DNA of 64,000 bases from contig JAWLHQ010000002.1 of assembly GCA_041690215.1 (NCBI GenBank), forward strand, positions 154,189-218,188. Direction: 5' to 3'. Of the stretch, positions 18,622-26,456 are shown piece after piece. Under the pieces are notes generated by a model, which saw only the letters and a program-made list of their open reading frames with translations, did no database searches and was not told the origin of the DNA. The stretch's first letter is position 1. Every line of letters starts with the position of its first letter. Source of the DNA: Rhodothermales bacterium. GTDB taxonomy: Bacteria; Bacteroidota; Rhodothermia; Rhodothermales; DASSAV01. The position numbers and the translations under genes were made by a program.

Positions 18622-20948
18622 ACGAAATGATGGTTTGAAGCAGGTGTGCTTTCATGTTGCTCTACTTGCGAGATTTCGGCGGTCGCCAATTGATCGCATC
18701 GGCGGAGGATGTAGGAGAGCATGAAGTAGGTGGTGAGATCATCGGTCGCCTCGAGCCGGTCTTGTGTAGTACGAATTTGATATACCTGTCCCCGCTCGGT
18801 GTGGTCGATAGCGGGAGTGAGCGCGGCAGCACCCCAGCGATACTGCACCCACGGCTCCTTCTGACTTATTGCATCCAGATAAGCGAGGTGACCGAGGTCG
18901 TAAGCATGGTGGCGATCAAGCGAAAGTTGCTGGCTGTACCCGTGATGATCGGAGATGGCCCAATAAATGGCCTTGAACAGAGCAACCCGCTTGCACTCAT
19001 CCTGTATGGACCCGCAGAATCTTTGCAAATACTCCCGCACGGCCCATGCACTGACCCATGCGTGGGAAGGAGGTGGCTTCTGCCGGCAATAGGGGCTTTG
19101 CTCGTCACTTTCCGAGTGCGCGATGGGAGCAGGACCAGATGGCCGAGCCTCCGGGGGGAATGCTTCTGGTGGCACCCCTTCAGGTGGAACTCCATGTGCG
19201 GCCTGCCACTGGCGGTCGAGCTTACCCAGGTCATGTGCCCAGATCACAAAATCCACCAGCATCTCCGCTGCTGCCATCCCATCTCCGCCGTACTCGCGGC
19301 TCAGGTGCTGACCCAACTTGTCAATCATCCAGCGCACCACCGACTTCTTCTTCCAGAGCAGGCGAATATGTTGCTCGTAAGATTCGAGTGTGTATTTATA
19401 GGCTGTTCGGGTTCTCTCCTGCTCATCCAGAAAAGCCTCCTCTCCACCCGTGCCGTCGAAGTTCAATCCATAATCGCCACTGTAGCCTATGTGCTCCGGG
19501 TCGAGTAATGCGAAATCTGCCTGACGGACGTTCTCAGTCGATACGTACTCTTTTCGTTCAGAATCATACCGGAAAAACGTGGCGGGGAGTTGGCTGTACA
19601 CCCCATTACCCATGAACTTCCCGCGTGAGATGCTGATGTACTTACGCCGCCTCTTCGGATCATCTCCAACAGCAACGTTGATGCTATTGATGTCACGGAT
19701 GAACGTATCATAGAGACTATAATCTTGTGACACACGCGCATCGTCCACTACTCGCTGGCTGTAGTTCTCGCGAAAGCGCTGCCCAATTAACCTGTCGCGT
19801 TCAGCCGTGAGATTTACGATCTCCTCCTCCTTTTTCGGCGTCAGTAAGCATCCGTTACCAAGGAAGGCATCTAGCGCAGTGATTTCTGCCTCACGATTTC
19901 GATAGGGCATTGTGCTTTTCGCCGGGTGCCAATAGATAACACCTTTCTCGCCTACGTAACGAGCACACCGCCCGGCCCGCTGAATGAAGGCATCCGGTGG
20001 ACATGCATCCGTATGCAGTACATCGCAGCTAATGTCGATTCCGGCCTCTACAACTTGCGTGGCTACAAGAATCGCTGAAGTCTTACTGTTCTCACCAAAC
20101 ACATTGCGAACGGCTTTTTCGATGCGCTGCCGGTCGTCAGATAGCAATTCGGAATGGAGCAGGTAAACTTCTTTTGTCGGGTATTTTTTGCGGAGTTCTC
20201 GGGCAGTCTGTTTTGCCCAGTCGATTTGATTGCGGATTATCAGTGTGCGTTGTCCTATCTCCAAAGCATCCGGGGAGTCGAGCCCATCTCCGCGACCTAT
20301 CTCTTTGAGGTTCTCGAACGGGCGATTGCCCCGGATTACTGCCACCCCGTTCTGCTGGCCTATCGGGCTTCGCTTTAATTCCTCCTCAAGAAATGTGATC
20401 ATTTCATCACTGAGCGTCGCGGTGAGGATGATACCATTCTGGGTGCTTCGCTGAAGTGCAAGTAGCGCGATGGCAAGGCTCCGCTCAGGATCAAACAGAT
20501 GGAACTCATCAAAGATGAGGTGACTGGCATCAATCACCGCTGGAAGCACGTTTCCCTGCCGCAGGCTTACGCCAATAGGAATACCGAGGAATGCGCTGAG
20601 CGTCTGGTCGAGTGTAGTAAATACAAGATCAATGGGGCGCTGTATATCTTCCCCTTTATCCAATAACTCATGCTCACGTCTATTACCATGGTGAGCAGCA
20701 CAGTGAATCGGCAGCCAATCCTCGACACTTTCCACGAGCGAATCCACCAGCACGCGAAGCGGAAGAGAATAAATCGCGTGTCCCCCAGCTAGCGCGGCAG
20801 TTACAGCAAATGTTTTACCCCACCCCGTAGGCGCATGTAGGATAATGTGCTTTCCTGCGCGAAAAGCATCGAAGACAGCCCGTTGCTGGTCCCGCTCCCT
20901 GAATCCAGCGTTCCGGAGGGCTTCATCGAATGTCTGGAAATAAGCCAT
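18618..20948 (-). CDS. cas3: Cas3 helicase-nuclease with an N-terminal SF2 helicase and a C-terminal HD domain
   Basis: Helicase motifs: APTGWGKT (Walker A), FDEFH (DEAH-type box), TATL, QRAGRCAR (motif VI). HD motifs in the last roughly 250 aa: EQH, WAHDLGKLD, ISDHHG, RRCDQLAT. Confidence 0.9.
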   Translation of the reverse strand: MAYFQTFDEALRNAGFRERDQQRAVFDAFRAGKHIILHAPTGWGKTFAVTAALAGGHAIYSLPLRVLVDSLVESVEDWLPIHCAAHHGNRREHELLDKGEDIQRPIDLVFTTLDQTLSAFLGIPIGVSLRQGNVLPAVIDASHLIFDEFHLFDPERSLAIALLALQRSTQNGIILTATLSDEMITFLEEELKRSPIGQQNGVAVIRGNRPFENLKEIGRGDGLDSPDALEIGQRTLIIRNQIDWAKQTARELRKKYPTKEVYLLHSELLSDDRQRIEKAVRNVFGENSKTSAILVATQVVEAGIDISCDVLHTDACPPDAFIQRAGRCARYVGEKGVIYWHPAKSTMPYRNREAEITALDAFLGNGCLLTPKKEEEIVNLTAERDRLIGQRFRENYSQRVVDDARVSQDYSLYDTFIRDINSINVAVGDDPKRRRKYISISRGKFMGNGVYSQLPATFFRYDSERKEYVSTENVRQADFALLDPEHIGYSGDYGLNFDGTGGEEAFLDEQERTRTAYKYTLESYEQHIRLLWKKKSVVRWMIDKLGQHLSREYGGDGMAAAEMLVDFVIWAHDLGKLDRQWQAAHGVPPEGVPPEAFPPEARPSGPAPIAHSESDEQSPYCRQKPPPSHAWVSAWAVREYLQRFCGSIQDECKRVALFKAIYWAISDHHGYSQQLSLDRHHAYDLGHLAYLDAISQKEPWVQYRWGAAALTPAIDHTERGQVYQIRTTQDRLEATDDLTTYFMLSYILRRCDQLATAEISQVEQHESTPASNHHFV

Positions 20949-20960
20949 CGTATTGGAATC

Positions 20961-21671
20961 CTAGTGCAAGAATCCAAAACCACTTCCAGTGAGGTGACCG
21001 GCCCCTACTTCCCATGCAAATTGCACGGCCTCGGGCGTGCCAGCTACTATAACCGGACAAAGGTTGCCCTTAAATCGAATGCCCTTGATTTCCACAACCT
21101 TTGTCTTGGCTCTGCTATAGCTCCGATCAAAACCCATCAGGGTGTGAAGGTGAGCGCCGGAATAACCCGCTACCTGGAGCTTATTGCGTAGTGTTTCAGT
21201 GAGGTACCCATCCGCCTCCGGATCTCTAAAGGTTAGGTGTTTGCGGGTACTATCCTCTTCCACACTTGACCTGACCAGCACCGGACTACCGACCTCAAAG
21301 CGATAGATGCTTCCAAAAGCAGGCGTGGGCTGTTCCTCCACACGATAGATTCGCATCCCAAACGCAATGTGTGGGAGTTGCTCGGCATTCTGGCGCACAC
21401 GCTCTGCCAAGTTCCGATCGTGGATGCTGATGCTCCATTCCGCACCATTCGGAAAATGCAAACCATCACTCGCGCTTTTACTTCCTCGACCACGAAGCCA
21501 GCCAATTGAATAGCAGCTGATTTTGTCATGTACGCCATTCCACCCTGCGAGGCGATGAAAAGCGCCCGTGAGGTGGTGTGGATACGTATATGGGACTAGT
21601 TGCTTATTCGGCGTGAGGTAAAACTTCAGGCGCATATCAATGCGGGGTGAGTCCTGAGATGTAACAGCCAT
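20961..21671 (-). CDS. cas6: Cas6 pre-crRNA endoribonuclease
   Basis: 236 aa. C-terminal glycine-rich loop GAGHLTGSGFGFLH typical of Cas6. RAMP-like duplicated fold is suggested. First gene of the effector operon. An alternative start is M13 at 21635 (MRLKFYL...), because the 21660-21680 motif overlaps the first ATG. Confidence 0.75.
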   Translation of the reverse strand: MAVTSQDSPRIDMRLKFYLTPNKQLVPYTYPHHLTGAFHRLAGWNGVHDKISCYSIGWLRGRGSKSASDGLHFPNGAEWSISIHDRNLAERVRQNAEQLPHIAFGMRIYRVEEQPTPAFGSIYRFEVGSPVLVRSSVEEDSTRKHLTFRDPEADGYLTETLRNKLQVAGYSGAHLHTLMGFDRSYSRAKTKVVEIKGIRFKGNLCPVIVAGTPEAVQFAWEVGAGHLTGSGFGFLH

Positions 21672-21680
21672 GTAACGGAC
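21660..21680 (-). promoter_or_regulatory. tandem (C/T)GTTACA motif at the 5-prime end of cas6 (candidate promoter or operator)
   Basis: Read on minus as GTCCGTTACATGGCTGTTACA: half-sites CGTTACA and TGTTACA 11 bp apart, the same architecture as 14952-14972 and 40184-40204. Lies 25-45 nt upstream of the alternative cas6 ATG at 21635. Confidence 0.4.
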
Positions 21681-21752
21681 TTTCTATTAAAAAGTACAAG
21701 CGGCGGATTTCAATCGCAAGCGGGCACCCGGGATGATCGAAACCGGGGTATG

Positions 21753-22790
21753 TCATTCTCGCGTCATATCCCTCCGCCCTCTTTTCTCCGCATACAACGC
21801 GGCCATCCGCCGCGCCTCGGAGGCGACGCGGTGGCGGAGGACGGGCGGGGAGATCACTTCGGCTTCCGCCCCGTAGGAAAGGACCCATCGGGCCAGATCC
21901 TGCAGGCCTGCGGCCTGGAGCCGCACGTCGAGCGAGCCGTCGGGACGCTCGACCATCACCTGCGAGGGGTGCCAGCGCTCCTCCTTGATCCACCGGGCCT
22001 GGTAAGGGCTGAACCGGACGTGGACGGCGTAGGTGCGCTCGCCCCGATGCATCCCGAAGGCGGGGCCGAGGTAGGCCTCCAGGTCGAAGTCGGGCGGGAT
22101 GGAGAAGTATGCGCCGGTGGGCGTCAGGGCGCGGATGCGGTCTATGCGGAAGTCGCGCATGGCTTTCCGCAGGCGGCAGAATGCGATGGCATACCAGCGC
22201 CCCTGGTACGAGAGGAGCGTGTAGGGCTCGATCTCGCGCTCGGTCTCCTTGCCGGTGCTGTTCGAGGTGTAGCGGATGCGGACGACCTGCTGGTTGCGTA
22301 CGGCGGCTTCGAGGGCTTCCAGCCGGGCCAGGGGTACGGGAGGACGGGGGCCGGTTTCGAAGCGGATCGACCGGGAGAGCACCTCGGGTTCGACGCGCAC
22401 GGTTTCGGGGAGGTGTTCTGCGATCCGCTGGACGACCCGCGCCAGGTGCGGCCCGTGCACGCCGTCGCCCAGCGTTTCGAGCGCGTGGTGCGCCACCAGG
22501 AAGGCGGCGAACTCGGTTCGGGAGAGGGCCAGAAGGGGGAGGTTTTCGAACGGCCCTTCCAGCACGTAGGTCCGCTTCTTCCGATCGAACTCGATCGGCA
22601 CGCCGATCTGCCGGAGGTATTCCAGATCGTTGAAGACCGTGCGCCGCGATACCTCGAAGGCCCGCGCTACGTCGCGCGTCGTCAACGGGCGCTCGGAGCG
22701 CAGCCACTCGAGCAGCCGCTGAAAGCGCCGCACCTGCGGCCCGGTCGGCATCACGCGCCCGGCGCGTTTCGGCACTCCTTCCATATGCAA
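21753..22790 (-). CDS. WYL-domain transcriptional regulator (HTH-WYL-WCX)
   Basis: N-terminal HTH (LTTRDVARAFEVSRRTVFNDLEYLRQIG). Central WYL region (YQGRWYAIAFCRLRKAMRDFRIDRI). C-terminal extension. Directly upstream of cas6 on the same strand. The start may be M14 at 22751. Confidence 0.85.
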   Translation of the reverse strand: MHMEGVPKRAGRVMPTGPQVRRFQRLLEWLRSERPLTTRDVARAFEVSRRTVFNDLEYLRQIGVPIEFDRKKRTYVLEGPFENLPLLALSRTEFAAFLVAHHALETLGDGVHGPHLARVVQRIAEHLPETVRVEPEVLSRSIRFETGPRPPVPLARLEALEAAVRNQQVVRIRYTSNSTGKETEREIEPYTLLSYQGRWYAIAFCRLRKAMRDFRIDRIRALTPTGAYFSIPPDFDLEAYLGPAFGMHRGERTYAVHVRFSPYQARWIKEERWHPSQVMVERPDGSLDVRLQAAGLQDLARWVLSYGAEAEVISPPVLRHRVASEARRMAALYAEKRGRRDMTRE

Positions 22791-22985
22791 TCGTGTCTAG
22801 ATGGTATACAACGGACGCTCGTTAGCATACATCAGACACACTGCAGTACGATTTCATACCCTCGCGCGGGTTGATTTTTTTGTGCAGACGGAGGTGTGGG
22901 TGTCAGGTTGTGCGGCCTGAATGGCCGGGGTGAATGGGTGATGGCACAGAATGCACGGGTTTGTACGTGAATGGGGTTGGTTGTG

Positions 22986-23018
22986 AGACCTGACAGGTTT
23001 TGGAAACCTGTCAGGTCT
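22986..23018. repeat. perfect 15-bp inverted repeat (hairpin) in a long non-coding region
   Basis: AGACCTGACAGGTTT tgg AAACCTGTCAGGTCT. No flanking T-run on either strand. Three TGAATGGG copies lie nearby, at 22931, 22968 and 23062. Confidence 0.8.
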
Positions 23019-23540
23019 GGTGCCGTGTCCTTCGCCTCGTCTCGATGGCCCATACGTAGTATGAATGGGTGGGAGGTGGCTGACATCCTCCTGCCTTGCT
23101 CCGCTGGACGCGTTCGCAAGGTTGTCCTCTTTACCTTTGGTCAGTCGCCTGCGGCTCGTGTCCAAGGAGGATTTTTCAGGCGGGGTCAGATAGGTGGGTA
23201 TGACCTGCCTGTACAAGAGGGATGGGCACACCGGCGGTATGTCTTTAGACGGGCAGATTGGGATGTGGGGCATCGGTGCTCGTAGTAAGCTTCGTAGTTA
23301 GCCTAGAGGTTGTGCTACCTGGATTTACTTCGGCGGTCGCTCCGCTCGCGTCCGCCTTCGCGGGAATGACGGTGATGGGGAGGGGTGAGGTAAAAAAGGA
23401 GCCGGATTGCTGCTCTGGAGGATCCTAACATCGTTCCTTGACGCCCATGCGGTTGGGGCGGGCAGGACGGGTTGGAGTGGGGTGAAGCTGGCATCGAGCC
23501 GAATCACCCCGGAAGAGAGATCGCCCGAGCAGATGCCTGA

Positions 23541-23568
23541 GGGGCCGCACGGGCTGGCGTGCGGCCCC
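23541..23568 (-). terminator. GC-rich hairpin 11 nt after the mscS-family stop (terminator-like, no U-tract)
   Basis: GGGGCCGCACG ggctgg CGTGCGGCCCC, an 11-bp stem. The stop codon is at 23579-23581. Confidence 0.4.
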
Positions 23569-23578
23569 GGGTGGCGCA

Positions 23579-24835
23579 TCAGTTGAGTGCTTCGGAGAGC
23601 AGTGTTTCGACGTCGTGTCCGGCCGGGCGCTGGTAGATGCGGATGCCGAATTCGGGTGCTATGGCGAGGATGTGATCGAAGATATCGGCCTGGATACCTT
23701 CGTAGACGGCCCAGCGGGTGTCGTTGGTGAACACATAGATTTCGATGGGGAGGCCTTCTGGCGTGGGCTGAAGCTGGCGGACGAGAAACGTCAGATCCTG
23801 GTGGATGCCCGGGTGGCTCCTCAGGTAGTTGACGATGTAGGCCCGAAACGTGCCGACGTTGGTCAGCCGGCGGGCGTTGACCTGCATCTCAGGGTCGCGC
23901 CGGTAGGCGGCATTAAAGATCTCCAGTTCCCGCTTCTTTTCCTGGATATAGTCTGCGAGGAGCGCAAACTTGGCGAAGCGGTCGATTTCTTCTTCGGTAA
24001 GGAACCGAATCGACGCCATATTGACGTAGATGGCCCGTTTGATCCGCCTGCCGCCACTCTCCTGCATCCCTCGCCAGTTCTTGAAGCTGTTCTCGAGGAA
24101 TTTGTGGGTGGGGATCACGGTGAAGGTCTTGTCCCAGTTCTGCACCCGGACCGTGTTGAGCGCGATATCGATGACGCTCCCATCGGCGCCGAACTGCGGC
24201 ACTTCGATCCAGTCGCCGACGCGAATCAGATCATTGTTCGTAAGCTGCACACCGGCTACGAGCGACAGCAGCGTATCACGGAAGACCAGGGTGACGACGG
24301 CCATCATGGCGCCGAGCCCGCTCACGAAGAACCACGGCGACTCATTGGCCAGACGCGCGACGATGAAGATGCCGGCCACGACGTACACGAATACGGTTGC
24401 CAGCTGCACATAGCTTTTGATGGGCCGCGTGGCCGCACGGGGCATCCGCAGGTAGATTTCGTGGAGCGTGCCGAGGATGGCCGTGACGACGCGCGCGACG
24501 ACGAGGATCATGCACGCTTCGACGAAGCGCTGCAAGAAGCCCAGTACGTCGGGCGATACGCCAGGTACGAGCACCAACCCGACCTGGACGATCAGCAGGG
24601 GAACGATCACCCACGCCCGGTCTACTGCCTTCTGTTCCGCGATGATGTCGTCCCACCGAATCCGGCTCCGTTTCACCAAGCCGTGAATGAAGCGCAGGAG
24701 GACATACCGGCCAATGGCGTGGACGAGTAAGGCTGCCGCGACGACGAGGGCGAGAGCGATCAGGGTTTCGGTCAAGCCCCCGCGCAAGGTCTCAGGGAGC
24801 CAGGTCAACAACGTGTCGATGAACGATTCTTGCAT
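23579..24835 (-). CDS. mechanosensitive ion channel family protein (MscS-like)
   Basis: Multiple N-terminal TM helices followed by VTLVFRDTLLSLVAGVQLTNNDLIRVGDWIEV....GSVIDIALNTVRVQNWDKT..VIP, the MscS pore-helix and beta-domain signature. Confidence 0.85.
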   Translation of the reverse strand: MQESFIDTLLTWLPETLRGGLTETLIALALVVAAALLVHAIGRYVLLRFIHGLVKRSRIRWDDIIAEQKAVDRAWVIVPLLIVQVGLVLVPGVSPDVLGFLQRFVEACMILVVARVVTAILGTLHEIYLRMPRAATRPIKSYVQLATVFVYVVAGIFIVARLANESPWFFVSGLGAMMAVVTLVFRDTLLSLVAGVQLTNNDLIRVGDWIEVPQFGADGSVIDIALNTVRVQNWDKTFTVIPTHKFLENSFKNWRGMQESGGRRIKRAIYVNMASIRFLTEEEIDRFAKFALLADYIQEKKRELEIFNAAYRRDPEMQVNARRLTNVGTFRAYIVNYLRSHPGIHQDLTFLVRQLQPTPEGLPIEIYVFTNDTRWAVYEGIQADIFDHILAIAPEFGIRIYQRPAGHDVETLLSEALN

Positions 24836-25085
24836 CGTACTCAGTAAGCATGAACGTGAGGGTCTCCGTTCAACTTACACAAATCAACTTCAGGTCCAAG
24901 GCGAAAAATGCCCGCATTCCCCTGAACCGCGAATTGCCGGAGATTTTTGCGCGGACACCCCTGCCATGACGAGCCCGGTTCGCTGCGCCGGAAGGCAAGA
25001 AGATCGGGGCCTTTATCTCTCGATGTGGCCTGGCGACCGGCGTGGTAAACCATGTCGCTGGACGTGCCCTGCCCGGTAGATCGGA

Positions 25086-25367
25086 TCAGCGGTTGGCGTA
25101 GCGGAGGAGGATATCGGCGTGGCAGAGTACGTCGGGGTCACAGTAGCACGCAAGATTCTTTCCGCGGAGCGGCTCCAGGAAGTCCGGCTCCGCTTCGAGC
25201 CGTTTCTGCAGGTAGTCTTCGAAGCGCCGCATGGATTCTTCGCGCCCGTATTCTTCCACGCGGAACGGATTGCCGTAGCGCCCGGGCCGTGTGACGCTGA
25301 CGGTGTTCTCCGGCATCCGCCAGCCTCTGGTGCGCTTTCGCTGAATCCGTACGGGCATCTCGTTCAT
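25086..25367 (-). CDS. DUF4326 domain protein
   Basis: 93 aa. R.R.RGWRMP...V.V.RPGRYGNPF ... L.GKNLACYC.P...CHADILL matches the DUF4326 pattern. Confidence 0.7.
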   Translation of the reverse strand: MNEMPVRIQRKRTRGWRMPENTVSVTRPGRYGNPFRVEEYGREESMRRFEDYLQKRLEAEPDFLEPLRGKNLACYCDPDVLCHADILLRYANR

Positions 25368-25454
25368 CGACGGTGTAGTATCCCCGGGCCTGTACTCGGG
25401 CTGCCGGAAAATTCAGCCCGCGGTCCGCCGGGGTCGGACATATCTGGAGGGGCT

Positions 25455-25934
25455 TCACCCATGTCCCGGGCTTAGCGAGGCGGCCTCCCGGCTAATATAT
25501 TCCCTTTCTTCCCGAACTTGTTCCTCCGTGAACGGTGTGGCGCGGCGATCATAGCCCCTGAAGCCACGGCTGCGCCAGTTTGCATGGCGGGCACGGATAT
25601 CCACGGGCCTGTGCAGGTTGATGATGTCGACAGCGCGTTCCTCGTGCGCCTCATCGGCGCGGACGACGACGAGTGTAGCCCCGCGCCGGACCCCTTCGCA
25701 GTACAATTCGGCATCCTGCCGTGAAAAGCTGAGGGCTACCAGACGATCGACGATGTCGTGCCCGAAGCACCCGTTGTCCCAGTAGCTGGATTCGGCCTTC
25801 CAGTTGGACAGATCCGTGTTCCGGTGCGAGACCATGTGCAGGTCCTCCTGGTCGATCCCGCTTTCCTCGAGTTCACGGTAGACCTGTTCGGCAACGTCGT
25901 GATCGTCGTAGAGTCCCACGATTACGGAGTACAT
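25455..25934 (-). CDS. hypothetical protein, possibly YflT/general-stress-like
   Basis: 159 aa. N-terminal VIVGLYDDHDVAEQVYRELEESGID and a second RRGATLVVVRADEAHEERAVDII segment resemble duplicated stress-protein modules. The assignment is weak. Confidence 0.5.
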   Translation of the reverse strand: MYSVIVGLYDDHDVAEQVYRELEESGIDQEDLHMVSHRNTDLSNWKAESSYWDNGCFGHDIVDRLVALSFSRQDAELYCEGVRRGATLVVVRADEAHEERAVDIINLHRPVDIRARHANWRSRGFRGYDRRATPFTEEQVREEREYISREAASLSPGHG

Positions 25935-26127
25935 GGTAGCACCTTCTTGTTCCGTTTATCCATCCAGGTCCAGGCTGGGGTCGGATGGTGTGGCAAGCAT
26001 AACTACCGCGTTCCGCAATCGTTCTATCTAGCGAGAGACGGTAACGGAATAGTTGCGGCATCCGGGAACCGCATCAGGGCCTGGCGGTCGTCCCGTTCCT
26101 TGCTCCGGTGCCTCTGGAGGCGCTGTA

Positions 26128-26164
26128 TACGAAAAGCGGCGTCCCCGCTTCCGGGGACGCCGCT
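26128..26164 (-). terminator. intrinsic-terminator-like hairpin inside a divergent intergenic region
   Basis: 12-bp GC-rich stem (AGCGGCGTCCCC, 6-nt loop gcttcc, GGGGACGCCGCT) at 26135-26164. On the minus strand it is followed by TTTTCGTAT. Confidence 0.45.
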
Positions 26165-26456
26165 CGACGCGCGCTACTCCACTCTGCCTCCTTGACGATT
26201 CCCATCCCTTCTCCGGCACGCTAGTCCAATAAATGCACGTTTCCGGCAGATGATCTGCCCACAGGAGGCCAATTACAAGGATTTCATGTCCGTTACGGCG
26301 CCATCGACATTCCTGCCGTTCAGGCAGAACGGAAGCGGGGATCGGCACATGCCGGCCGGAGGACATCCGTTGCGGCAGGATCATTCATTTTTCCACTATC
26401 GGCCAGGTGGGTAGTCCGTACATTCGGGCCACCGATCTTTCAGTCTACGTCGTTCC

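Noticed and set aside
21707-21714. ATTTCAAT (ATTGAAAT on minus), identical to the repeat tag, between the WYL gene and cas6; considered as an orphan repeat remnant
   Set aside because: Only 8 nt match and the similarity does not extend. About two such 8-mers are expected by chance in 128 kb of two-strand sequence.
21637-22874. 356-aa (-) and 374-aa (+) ORFs overlapping the WYL regulator gene
   Set aside because: They are extremely Arg/Pro/Gly/Ala-rich alternative frames of a high-GC gene. The 345-aa frame carries the HTH and WYL motifs.
22832-23579. Track ORFs 22832-23119, 22854-23273, 22971-23285 and 23325-23579 in the long intergenic region
   Set aside because: They overlap each other, are Pro/Arg/Gly/Ser-biased and carry no motifs. 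One reads straight through the perfect hairpin (RPDRFWKPVRS). I treated the region as non-coding.
23615-24730. 371-aa ORF antisense to the mscS-family gene
   Set aside because: Same reasoning as above: a high-GC antisense frame with no motifs, opposite a clear MscS signature.
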